Shown one piece after another: positions 10,699 through 24,357 of a stretch of DNA of 64,000 nucleotides (positions are counted from its first letter, which is position 1; every line of letters starts with the position of its first letter). The stretch is from positions 99,200,001-99,264,000 of the forward strand of contig JBITNC010000001.1 in assembly GCA_050084985.1 (NCBI GenBank). The letters are read 5' to 3'. This DNA is from Nageia nagi. Lineage: Eukaryota > Plantae > Pinophyta. The translations under genes and the position numbers were made by a program. The notes under the pieces were generated by a model that was given only the letters and a program-made list of their open reading frames with translations, did not search any database and was not told the origin of the DNA.

Positions 10699-13600
10699 TG
10701 AAAATTTTCCTACTCAATAATATATGATCAATTCCTAATTTAAGAAGATCCTCTTACATCATGAAGTTGTGTGCAACTTATTGCAAAATGACTAGTGAAA
10801 AAAAATAAAATTCAAACCAATCTTTCCTAGCAATGATCTTTTTTAATAAACCCAATAGATTTGAGGCAACATTTTGAAGTGAAAACATTGCAATTTAAAA
10901 AACAATATAAAAATTAATTTTTACATTATCATTTTGATTGATGAGCATCGTCCCACATGGGTTGAACGAGCCAATTGAAATTTCTCTCATAAGTTCAAAA
11001 TCTAAACTGTTTAAAAAGAATTTTCGACCTTATCCAAATAAAGTAATTAAAAAGAATACGCATCTGCATGTGTAATGTTCCAAAAGGCAAATCCACTTAG
11101 AAATGTACGAGAGGTAAAAGTCAAATTCTTAAAGTATCTAGGAATATTATTCCATTTGAGAGTTAAGACAAGTTTACCCCATTTCAGGCCATGTGAATTT
11201 CTTAAAAAAGGAGAAGAAAAGCATATATATAATCTACTTTCTATGGTTAAAGTGAATTGTTATTCTATTATTTTGTGTTTGCATGTCTTTTTATGATACT
11301 TTATTCGTTTTATTTAATATATATGATATATATAGAGCGAATTATTATTTGTAAATTGAAGTTTTTATTTTAAGCTATTTTTTTAATCAATGGAATGTTC
11401 GTATTTGATGATGACTTTTATATGAAATAATTATTATAATATTTTTATATCTTTTAAAATTAAATATCAAAGTGGATTTAATTTGGATTTGAATTAAGTA
11501 TATTAATAAGTTATTTGTATTGAACAAATCATTTAAAGTGTATTTAAAGAGATTTATCTCTTTGTTATTAATTATTTGATTCTTTTATTTTGTATAAATC
11601 TTATAAAAAAATCTATTACAACTACAATATTAATAATATGTTGATCTATCACATTGTATTGTACCTTTTTAAGGCTTTTTGGCATTTTTCTACTATGTTA
11701 GTATCAAACTCCCCCCAAGAACTTACACTTATTAAAGTTGATGCCTTATCTACTAAGGTTGATACTATGCTTAGCTCTTTTGTTTTAGATCCTAAAGGAG
11801 AAAAGTCATATAAAAGTACAAGAAATCAAATTCTAAATAGATGAATGTTTCATCAGAACAAGAGAAGTTTGTGATAAAGATTTTAGGGATCATTATAGTA
11901 GTTCTCAACATGTCTAGATTATCATAGTATATTTTATTAAAATCATAATAAGTCACTAATAGTAATCCCTTTCAAGATGTATCAAATTCAAAAGCATTTA
12001 TCATTAATAATTGTAATTTACTATTCCTTGTCACCCATTCATCAGCTTCATAAATCTAATCATTTTCATAGTATTTTATGTTAACTAACTAGTTTAGAAA
12101 CTTAGTCAACTTTCTAAATAATAGAAGAATAATGATAGCAAGAAGCCATAATAGTAGCATTCATAATATGTCATTTTATATTTAATGGAAATATCACAAC
12201 AAATTATTTATAATAAACCATATATTTAGGTAGTTAAAAGGTCTTGAATTGGTTTATTTTTCTTTGACTCTTTTGAATTATGTTGCTCCCAACTTCAACC
12301 TTATTCAAGATAAGCATTAAGGAAAATAAATATGTAATATTTCTCATAATTTATTCCAAGATCATAAATGATCAGATGTTGATATTGACTAAGGATATGT
12401 ATTATCTCAATAATACATGGTTGAGGTACTTGAGTTAATAAGATTTGATAAATAGTAAATACTACAAAATATAAATGCAACATGCAAATTGAGAACTTAT
12501 TTTAAAATTATAATATATGCTATCAATGTGATAATGCCAAGTATATGGAATGTTACAAAGAAAATTATAAAATTTTATATCTCTTACACCCTATGAATCT
12601 AACCTACATTAAATAAGAAAATATATTTTGTATTATATAATATTAAACTAATGTGATTTTAATTCTACATATTTCTTCCTTATGCATATTAGAAAGTATA
12701 AGGTTGACCTCATTAATAATACAAAATTGATCTTAGTAAAATTAAGTTATTTGTAAATGCACCAAAAGTGTTGGATCTAGTTTGTTACAATAAATTTGGT
12801 CAATGTGTCACAAAAAATCAAGTTTGTATGCAAAGAAAAAAGACAAAGAAGCCATGCATTGGAATATATATCTATGTCTAAGTATACATAAAATATATAT
12901 ATTTAACATCAACATGATAGATTAGTGCAATGATAAAATCTTCTTTACTTCAAGGCTTTTAAAAAATCTATGTATATGTAAGAAAAGTCTATAAAATATC
13001 ATTAATGGATATCAAAATTTTCCATGGATTGTACCCTAATTCAAATCATGGTGAAAATACCAAAAGAGAAGAGATAAAGTTATGAATTGGGCTATCAAAT
13101 ATCAATGAAATGGATTATAATGTTATACTATTGAATCATTAGTAAGAGCCTTCACTATAATGGTATTAAAAAGATATTGCCATATTGCTAAAGTACTTGA
13201 ATATGATTCGATATGATATTCCAAATCATAATAAGAATATTTACTTATGAAACTTGATGTATGCATTTTTGGTAATTTTTTTGATATTTCTATTCTTTTG
13301 AAATCCTTAGAAACTTGACCATTTGATTTCTATTATTGGTTTTATATCTAGAAATCCAAATATAATACTATAAAAAATTTACAAATTATTTTATACAAAG
13401 TTTCATATTAAACCATAAAGAAAATAATATAATTACAATTTCACACCCTTAAGAGATTTCACATTGATTTTGTATGATGAATATTTAAAAAGTAAGATAG
13501 AGAATGAATAATAGCATAAAGTTAAATTTTGATTGAAAATGTATTTACTAGATAATAATATTAAGATAATTCATAATTCTTTGAGTAATTTATTAGCACA

Positions 13601-13949
13601 TATATAAGGTAGTTACAAAAGATATTTACATGCATTATGTCATATTACATATTGAATTCTATTATTAAGTCAAGGATTAGGTTCATGATATTTCTATCCT
13701 TTTCTATTTTCATTTTGTTAAGTTCTATGAGTTATTTTTAGTGTAGATTAAAACATTCAATGGCTTTGTGATACTAATATCATGTTAAAAAAAAAGTAAA
13801 GAAAGATAAAATTTTTCATAAATCAAATTTGATGATTCTATACTTATGATGAAATATGTAAGTCTATAAGATAGATTTGTTACAAAATTTCCAAAAATAA
13901 TGTAATAAATTGGTATTAATTTAAGTATTTAAAAATTATGATTATTTTA

Positions 13950-14505
13950 TATAGAAAAAAATGACATGGATTGAGCTATTTATGAGAAAATTGGATACCA
14001 AGAAGAGAATAATATGGGGGTTGTAACTATAAAAAATTAATATCATAGGAAAGGAGATAAACTATAACTAAACCTAGATAAAGAAAAAATAATGAAAAGA
14101 TAAAATCCTGCTTGAAAATGAAATATGCCAACTATTGAATGATAAAAAGGATATCACTAAGTAAAGAAGGAATAATGGCAATGATTGAACTAGTAGATGA
14201 TCCAATAAAAAGTCTAGAGGTGGAGATCCACTTAGATTCCAATGAACAATGGTGGTTAAAAAAGGGTCAATTTTTTAAGAATTAAAATTGAGTAACATGA
14301 AGTTCAATAACAAGAGTTGATATTAGATAAGTAAGAGTAGGGCATCCTAGTGAAGGAAAAGTAAGTAAGAAAGAAACATCCTATGTAGTTATTGATGGTA
14401 AGAAATCAACTTTGGATTATTTTGAGAGAAAAAAAGCACTTCCAAAATTTAGGAGAAAATAGTGATAATATCATGAATATCAAGGGATTGAACTCCCCGT
14501 TAACA
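13950..14505 (+). mobile_element. L1-type LINE fragment: ORF1 tail and start of ORF2 endonuclease
   Basis: At ~14462, VIIS*NIKGLNSP matches the APE-endonuclease N-terminal motif I(I/L)SWNVRGLN. It directly follows a purine-rich, K/E-rich ORF1-like tail (GHPSEGKVSKKET..DGKKSTL). Confidence 0.65.
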
Positions 14506-16061
14506 CATAATTTTATGAAATTAAGCATGGTTGAAAATCATAGAATTCTTATTTTTATTATTACACCTTAAGGGGAAAAAGTATAACAACTATTATAATC
14601 ATCACCATGATAGAAGAACTAAGTGCTACAATTTTAGTATAATACCTATTCAAAGGAGAAACTTCTCCAAAAGACTAAAATATGTAATACTTTGTACATA
14701 AAAATGGATATCCAAATTTGGAAAATTTAGTAGAATTTAGTAAATGTAGTTTGAAATAAACAGGTATGTTGTTGCCCAAATAATTGTAAACTTTTAAAGA
14801 TAAATTTTAGGTTCCTATATAAAAAAACCAATTTAACCTACTTGTTTATTTTTTTGGTATTGATCAAAATATCTATTCATATGATTAGAGAATAAATCAA
14901 TAAAAGTTTATTTTATGTCATTTATTGCAATTGGAAATTAATATAGTATTTAAATATCTCCATCTTATATAGTTGATTGCATTATATGGTTGCTACTAAA
15001 TGATAAAGATACTAAGATTTAATATATTATGAGATTAGATCATATAAGGTTCATTCTATGCTAAAAATTTATCTTTATCTCTTATGTTTTGGAGTTTAAC
15101 TATATTTTATCCATGTATAGCTTTTGCAATATTTATTTTTCATCATGTTAAACTCATATTGTATATACAATGACTTTATCCCATACAAAAAATATTAAAA
15201 TAAGGAGAATTATGCAAGGAAATTTTCTTCATAAAATTTGGGTTTATACATCCATGTGGTTACATATCATTAATTTTGGAAATATGATATGAATATGATG
15301 TAGCATCTTTTAAGGATGTGAGAAAAGATTATTTAAGATCTATATACTAATTAAATCATATAGAATATTTGAAACCAAAATATTGGTTTAGGAAAAGAAA
15401 AATAAATAATAATAATAATAATAATAAATTCATTAAAATATATTAATTTTAAAATAACTAAATCTTTCATTCTATCAATTTATTAGATGTTGAAGAGCAT
15501 ACATGCCAATAATAATCATTAAAATCGAAGGATGCATACAATTGATCATTTATATATTAAATGAATAACTAGAATAAATATAAACTCATACATAATATTA
15601 ATATTCAAGCAATAGAAAAGTGTATATCAACTTGTTATCTAATTATGGCTCTATTCTCTTCATTGAATATATATTACATTAGATTCCTTTCTTACTAGCT
15701 ACCTTCCTAGTAATAAAAATAACATACAAAATATAACAGAAGCTATTAAATAAAAGAACATCAAATAAAACATATCATCTAATCACCCAAACAAGGATAT
15801 AATGATGTATCTATATTTGGTAAGTACATCACAAGTCCTATTCATGATAGAAATTATGTTGATTATGAGGGAAAATCATAACATCGAGTTCTTGAGTGAT
15901 TAAACAATAATTATCTCATCAACTTAGCACTCATACCAATTCATGGTAAGGCTTGACTATAATTTAATCTGGTTCAATGTAGTGAAGTGAAGGCAAATAT
16001 TTCCATTTAGGAAGTAAAAGGAAAATAATTGTCTAGAAGATAAAAAGTAAGAAGGAGAAAC

Positions 16062-17490
16062 ATGTGAGTAAATTTGATTTTCATATAGCCAACTAATACA
16101 AAAAATACATGAAGAAACTTGAAGGTTTGGAAAATATTATATTTGATGGAGGACTAAAGCAATTTATGGAAAATCCTAAAGGATGTGATATATAATTATC
16201 TTTGGAAGTGGGAAGAAAATGGGAAGAGGGGAGGTGCCAAGTTCATGGTATGCAACTAGAATTTAAAAAAGAGGCAATTACAGAGGTTACATTTCTTAAA
16301 AATAAGGTCAAGGAGATACAAATGAATGATAAATTGAATATGATGGAAGAACTATAGAAATTTTATCATGAGTAAATCCAAAATTTGAAGTACATGACAC
16401 ACTATCATAGGTCAATTCTCCCAATTCCATGGGATAAGGTGATGAAGCCAATTATGAAGTATATCACACTTTATAGGATGCATAAAGAGGTATACATATA
16501 TCATATAAACCTCTTGAATCATTTTAAAATTCAAAATAAGGAAGTTAATTTCCCTTTATTCATATTTAATTCTATGGGATTATCAATTAAAAGATTAAAG
16601 ATAGCATGAGTGAATTACCATTGCACCAAACTATGATAAAATTAGTTTATGATGTAGCTATGACTAAATAACCTAGGCCTAATCCAAAGACAAATATCAT
16701 TATAGAAGAGAAAAAGAAATTATAGTTTGAACAAATTGTTTAAAAGGAAAATAAAACAACATGTAGTAAAGACATATGTAGCAAGGAGTTGTAGATGAAA
16801 AATTGAAATGAAGCAACTGGGAGAAAAGATAAGGTCATTCCCCACTTGCAAGACTTAAAGAAAAAAATGCATATAAAAAAGATGAGATATATAAAGTGAA
16901 AAATAATAAAATGAATATGAATAAAATATAATGGGGTATTTATAATCATACTAGGTCCAAAAAGGCAAAATACAAAAAAGGATATCCCAAAAAAAGGAAT
17001 ACAAATAATAGAGTTAGAGCTACCTCTTCCATAAGAGAATAAACAAGATAATAAGGATGGGGAATAAGAAAATAATCTAGATGTAAAAGAGATAAAATAG
17101 GAATAACCCTAGTAGGATAATTAGACACAAGAAGAAGAATAAAGTAATTCCTTATCAAAATAAATCAAAATTAGACCAAAATAATAAGTCACAAGAATAC
17201 AACAATATAACAATATCTATAATAGAATACTAGTAGAAGTACTATGGAGCTAAGGTCTTCCAAATGCAAATTTTGAATGACTCTCCATCAAGCCTATGAA
17301 GATCCAAACTGCAAGAAAAATAATATACATGTCAAAAATTTTAAGTACAATTATAGAATACTTCCTTTTACATTTGACAAAGATGAAGATATTGTAAAAT
17401 TAGGACTTGATATTGGAATTCATCAAGGACCCTTCAATACTCATAGGGTACTTTGTCCTAAACCACTTTGGATGCATATGATCGAATAGA
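16062..17490 (+). pseudogene. Degenerate retrotransposon-associated accessory ORF (Transposase_32-like family typical of gymnosperm Ty3/gypsy elements)
   Basis: Reads M*VNLIFI*P..VWKIL..GGLKQFMEN..GCD..W..G..V.G..EVT, then RSILPIPWDKVMKPIMKYITL...VYIYHINLLNHF...VNFPLFIFNSM..LPLHQTMIKLVY, then a K/E-rich tail. Family assignment is from recalled motif pattern, not a search. Confidence 0.55.
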
Positions 17491-18107
17491 AAAGCATAAG
17501 ATAGTATGAGTTTAGAAGAGGAGTATCTTAATATAAAACTTTCAAAACATGTGCATGCATGATATACTTAAAAAACTCCCTACTTTAAAAATGTATCACC
17601 TCTAGTTTTAATTTATTAAACCCCTCATAGTAAACCCATATATAATAAACAATAACCCTTTTACTAAAAAAGTTAACTAAATTTTTAATACATCTTAGTA
17701 GTTTTACCATTTCATCAATGTATAATATTTTGTTCAACACTAGCAAAGTTAAGTCAGACCCAAACCTAAAAGACTAAGGGGTTTCTCCTTAACTACATAG
17801 TTGATATTATCTTTGTTTAGCTCTAAAACATGGAAAATGAGATCATTTCTTATTATAGGAAGATACTTGGGTGAAATCTTATGAAACTTGACAAATAGAT
17901 CAAATGGGTAATAAAAGAACTTAGGTAAAATACCATAAAATTGAACCATGCCATAAATATCTTCTCTCTTATGCTTAAGCCTAAAATAAAATGAATAATA
18001 AAAACAAACATATTATATATATCAAATGCAACACAACTTCAACACCCATTGATTTCTAAACTTAAAATATTAATAAATAAGTAAATAACTAAAAAGATAA
18101 TATGTTA

Positions 18108-18297
18108 AAAATAAAAGACAAATAACTAGCTTAAATATCTAGGGTATATATCTAAAAACATAGAGAGGTATCAATCTTGAGGTGCCTATCTTATTTCTTG
18201 AAGTGTGTTTCCAATATAAGCTCCTTGAGAATGATACCTCTTAATATTTTTAGATATATATCCTAGATATCTAAGTTAGTACTTGTTCTATTTTATT
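18108..18297. repeat. Fold-back inverted repeat (~70-80 bp arms, ~25 bp loop); MITE-like
   Basis: Left arm: actagcttaaatatctagggtatatatctaaaaacatagagaggtatcaatcttgaggtgcctat. Reverse complement of right arm: actaacttagatatctaggatatatatctaaaaatattaagaggtatcattctcaaggagcttat. Confidence 0.9.
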
Positions 18298-19162
18298 GGA
18301 TAATTTTTTTTTTGATAAAAATATGAAATTAATATATAATATAGAAAATATAACATATTTACTATTTTGTAAAATGATTTTAATAATTACTAAATTTATT
18401 ACATTTTTTAGTTAACAAATGAAGCTTATTAATCAATACACATTTAGCTAATGATTTATTATAGAAGATGAAACTTACATGCAACTTCATCCACAAATAT
18501 ATCCATAATAGATTGATTGCTAAATTATTTTATGACATGCATAAGAGATGGCAAGCAATAGGTGCAGAGGAAAAAATAAATTTGTGTCTAAAGAATTTCC
18601 AAATAGTTATATGGATAATATGTTAAGTGTTGGGAGAGATTTTGATGCAAGGTATGAAGCATTTATAGATGGTTAAGATGGAAAAATACACATATATTAC
18701 CTTATAAGCTTGAAATGTAAGAATATATTCTATGATATATTGGCATTGTAGGATAGTTTGTATCCCATTTATATTTAAGTAATTAAAACTATGAAACTGT
18801 TGAATATTTGTAGCCATTAGAATATATACCAATTCAATCAATGCAATTGATTGTACATTATAAAACTCTTATTAACTTTTAGGATCCAATATAAAAAAAT
18901 ATTTTTTTCACCATTATAAAAAAAAATAAAAAATCATTGAAAGAATGACATCATTCATTCATAGATTTTCATTATCATATTATATTGGGATAATTTGCTA
19001 AGTTTTATTTCTTGGATAAATTTCATAAAAACACCTATTGTGTGGGTTGATATACTTGACGCTTATAATATTTAGGTTTTAGAAAATAGACACCTCAAAA
19101 ATATTACAAAATATGGGTGAAAAGTTTTAAATTTCAATCAAACACACTTTAAAGATATTCAT

Positions 19163-22100
19163 TGTAATGACCCACCTAATTGCACTTACTATATCTTAAA
19201 TACTGTGAGGAATTTGAATGTGATTGAGACTATTTGTGTTATAATATGCCTAATTTTGAATGCTTATATGCAATATTTATATTGATTTGATGTTGGATTC
19301 AAGGTTGTTGTGATATAGGTTACAAGTTAACTTAGCATGGGAGTCAAGTTGGAGAGATAGGGAACCAAAGATAAGTTGGATATAGGAACAATTGGTAAGA
19401 GTGAGGAAATGATTGATGTTTATTTGTTGATAGCCCATAGGGACCTTCATCAATCATATAGTTGCATATTATAATTATTGTGCATGATTTTTGATCCCTG
19501 TGATGAGTTTAATTTTTGCATGTGTACTAAAAAAATTACCTTATAGGAGGGGCAATCTTCATAGGTAAACTTGTGTGCTAAAAATTTGATGTGCATTTCT
19601 GAATTGCCTTGAAAAATTAATTGACCATTTTTTAAAGTTGAAAGGAATATTCCAAATTTTTAAATTTAAATTTTTCACCAAAGAATTTTAGTTTTACAAA
19701 TAATAAATTCTAGGATTAGGGGAGAGCAAAATTTAGGGATAAAGGACTATTTTGGTATTTTGCAAAAATAATGGAGGAACTATCTCCATACATTTTGGTC
19801 TTTTATGTTAAGTGTGTAAAATAATTGATAAAATTTTTCCATACATTTTGGTGCCTATATATTATGTATGAAAAATATTTTGTGGGAATTGGGACTTGCA
19901 AATAAATTTGTCAAAATCCTACCACATAATAATAAAACCCCCTATAGCTCATGAACAAAAATGTGAGGTGGATAAATAGTTATATTTTTGGATGGACTAT
20001 ACCAACCTTTGGCTATAAATATCTAATATAACTCTTAGAAAAATATATCAATCATACACTTCTCCTCCTCTTCCCAAATTTTGGTTAAGAGACCCATGAA
20101 GGAAGGAATATCTCCCATTTTTCTAGGTGCTTTCCTAATGTTTTAGCCAGTAGTACTAAAATGCTTAGTCGAAACTTTGAGTTTTATTTGACAATTTTTA
20201 AGTGTATTTGAAGGAAGGAATGCTTATTTAAGAGTTTTTGATAATATTAATAGGGTTATTTGTTATTAATGGCCTTATATTAATTGTACCATATGAGAGC
20301 ATAATATTAGTAATTATTTCATACCTTTACATATGAATGTATTGTATACTTTGTCGATGCCTATATGTAGGTATCTAGAGAAAATATTGAACAAATTTCT
20401 TTTAATAAAAATTCATGGCCTTATGAGTTCACACACATCAAATTTTTAGCCATTCCACCATGTTTGTGTGTGTGTGTGTATATATATAAAATAAAATATA
20501 AACAATTTCATTATGGGCCATGAGCTGGTACTCCATCTTGATTTCTATGAGAGGTATCCTTGAGCCATTCAAAAGATGTAGTTTTTCTAAATAACCCTTG
20601 ATCAAATGCTTGATGTATGTAATGTTAGTCCTCACTCAATAATGGCTCTTGTTTTCTCCTTTATATCTTGGCACTATCACCATTCATATAGCCTTCTGAG
20701 AAACCCATTTTAATTGACTTAGAATAGAGACTTAAAAGCTTTGAAATTTGTTCATCGATTTTGCTTTAACCTTGAGCAACTCATTACAAAAAACAATTTT
20801 GCATTGCATATTTGAGATCTATATTGGATTGGAAGGAAAAGAATAGAGCCTAGCATGAGTTGAGAGTCTTCCACTAAAATGACATTTTATCTTTATGCTA
20901 TTTTTTGGTTGAGTCTTTCTTTAATACACATAGAACATGGCACCATACAAATAGATATGAATGGAAGAGCCATGTATTAGAGATGACCTTCAAAGATAAA
21001 TGCTACTTATTATATAATTAAGCTCAATATATCATTTATAATTGTAGGTCTAATCTGATGTGTCTGAAATAAGTTTTGGGTAATACTATACACTCACCAT
21101 ATATGACCTTAGGAGTACATCTCCATTGGGGTGTCCAAGACATGCGATAGGCACTTTGAAATATTATTACACATGCTATTCCTATTTGGAAACATTCCAT
21201 GGAAGGAGGTCATGTTTACTTAGATAAGGAGTGTGAAAATGCCCTTGTAAGCTACTTCTATAAGTTTGATGAATATTAAATGAGAGACAAAGAAAGAGCC
21301 TCTAAACACAAGTTATCTCCCCTAAAATTCATTTTTTTCCCACTCTATCTTAAATAACCATAATATCCCTCGTAAGCTACTTAAATATCCATGGTAGATA
21401 AAGAAAAACTCCACCAGATGCACTCATACCTAACATTCCATGGTAAATAGAGAAAAGCTCCACCAAACCAATTCATACCTGATGTGAAAAAATGTGTAGA
21501 TTTAGACAAAGATCTTAATGAAGGATTAAATGTATACATAAATATCAAAGCCTCATAAGGTATTAAAATTATTTTAAATATTTTTCTTATCTTACTATAA
21601 TTGAATTGAATTTATTTAAATTAAGTTTTACAATAAGTTTTATCATAAATTAATGGGATTTAAAGAGTATTTAAATAGAGACTCTAATAAATTTTAATTG
21701 ATGGAATTATGATATTTTTGGATGAACTAAAGTAGAACGTGGTTTGTGTTTTCTTAATGGAGTGTAATAAAGTTTTTTATATGATAGTGTTATGTATGAA
21801 CTATGAAGAGTTTAATTAATTATTAGTCCTATTTGAGAAAGAATCTTGTGGAATAATGAAATTAACTAAGAATACTATTTTGAGGAAAAACATGTTGAAA
21901 TGATTGATTATTTAAGTATTTTGAGGTGATGTGTTTGATTATTTTTATGCATGTGAAATTATTAGAAGTTATGACTAAGTTGAAACTTTACTTTATGACC
22001 AAGGAAGGGAGGTAGTTCTAGTAAGAACATAAAACCTCCTTAGGTCAAAGAATAGGGTATTAATTGTTGATTGTTGAATAATTGTATGAGAAGGAATAGT

Positions 22101-24231
22101 TATGATGCATCTAAGATAGGATGCCCTTTGTTCATAAAAGGAGCTATCCTAATCCTTAAATATTCTAAACCTTTTCTTAGTACCTATATCCAATGAATCC
22201 TAGATCATTGGGAGGAACGTGAATGGTGAAGATGGAAAGAAGCTATACCAAGAGGATGAATAAATATTGAAGATACACTATAAAAAAAAAAAAAACTATG
22301 ATGTAAAATTTTCTTTATTAATTGTATGGGAATTCCATGTGTAATACCTATGAAGCACAAATTAGGGTTACCTTAGTTCTTGATAGATTATCATCATGAA
22401 ATACATTCAGGTATGAAATTAAGCTTTTACCCATTGATGTATAGTCCATATGTAATTAATTTGTGATGATACAATATCCAAGATTGATTTATTATTAAAT
22501 GTATCTAAATAATTTATGATACTATAAATTATTTTTTGGGAAGTTAAATAAATAATGGAAGGAGAACCCTACTATTCTCATATGAAGATAGTTATTTAGT
22601 AACATATAATAAATATTACATTATGTTCCCTAACCTAACATGATTATGATAAAATATGGAACCTTTTTGAAACACATGGATAGGTATGACATTAAAAGGG
22701 AAACACTCTTGGAATAATCAATGAAAGGTATGGGATAAGAAATAATTAATGTCTCATAATGATAATAAACATTAAAGAAATGATGGTGCATACATCTTTA
22801 AATGTTTAAAATAAGCACATGAATTTTGTAAAGAGATTTAATAGAATGATAAAGTCTTGATACTTAGTTAAATATTAAGTAGAACATTATGGTTTTTATA
22901 TGATCATCATAAGAAAACCTAATCAAGGAGCTAAAACACTAGAAGGATAATAGAAGGTAATGAAGACCTCAAACTAATATTAGAAGTTAATAAAAGGTTT
23001 TGATGAGCATACAAACAAAATATTTAAATAAATTAGCTAAAAATTATGTATTGACTAATGACAGGGACACTTTAATAGAAAAAAAAACTTAGTTAATCCT
23101 TTGTTGTCATAAGTTCACTAAACAACATTCAAAATTTATTCCCTAAGTATGTTATACTCTATGCTGTAATTCCTTGTTATAAGTAGCCATGTTTAGTGAT
23201 ATCATAGGGCTTGTTATTATACACTGGCATGTGATTTAATTTTAAAGTAACATTCTTTGTACGATAACTTATGTGTGGGACAATTATAGTAAAACACTAT
23301 TGAATATTCTTTGGTGGCTTCATGAATAATCTTGTTTGAAACTTCTTTTGTACATTTTATGAATTCTTGTTTTTATTTATAAAACATATTTATTAATGTA
23401 AAAGGTGGTTTATTTACTTTTAATTAGTTTGTGATAACATCCTACTATTTGATTCAATAATGAAACCTAGAAGAGCTAATAATTGGTCCTAAATCAATTA
23501 TTTTAGGGATGCTAGTGTGGGATGGTTTTACTTTACAATTTTCCTATAAAATTTATTAGACTATACAAACCACTCAAGGGTATTATACTAATCCCATGTA
23601 TCCCCAAAATATGGGCATGGGTATGTTAGATATCATGGTGATTCTAGCTAATAGATATGGGCAAGATAGTGTCTCATATCCTCAATAATTTATTAGGTTA
23701 GGGTAGTAATCAATAAAAATACAATTACTAGGTGAAGGTGAGTAGTAGTCATACTAGCTACAATAGGAGTATGATGATTGTTCCATAGGAGATGATGCTT
23801 ACCTATTTCATAAAGAGGATTACCTAGGATAATCTATTTGTAGCTATGACTCAAAGGGTTACTATCAAAAAAGATGCATAACCTTATGGATGAGCATGCT
23901 CTTGAATGATATGGGCCCTGAGTAGGAAACCATTGCATCATGAATAGAATGTCTATTTCATATTTCATGAAAATAAATGATGGGATCACTTATGTGGCAT
24001 CTTCTAATGGGATGAGCATTGAGAAGTGAACACCAAATGGATTCTTATCAAGGTTGCTTAATCTAGATTCGACCAATATTGTGATGTGGGTACTAACTAG
24101 CTTGCAACATTAACTTCCTCATCTGGATCACCTTATCCATTCCTATACAACAATTTGAATGTTTAAATTAAATAAAAATAAATGTCTAAAATTTTAGGGT
24201 TTGTTTAGTTGGGAATGGGTGAAGCACTATA
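19163..24231 (+). repeat. 5' LTR (~5.07 kb) of the Tekay-like element
   Basis: Begins TGTAA and ends just before the PBS. Its first ~2.9 kb aligns to 29097-31978. TATA-like ggctataaata at ~20011. Confidence 0.85.
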
Positions 24232-24232
24232 T

Positions 24233-24244
24233 TGGTATCATAGT
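24233..24244 (+). promoter_or_regulatory. Primer-binding site (tRNA-iMet), degenerate
   Basis: tggtatcatagt versus canonical tggtatcagagc. Confidence 0.8.
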
Positions 24245-24357
24245 GTTAAGTTCAAACTCTTGGGCCTATGGTCCATAGCTCTTTTACTTTAAGAGTTTAG
24301 GAAGATGATATGACTATGATTGATCCTAATAATAATACCATTTTTTGGACTCATATT

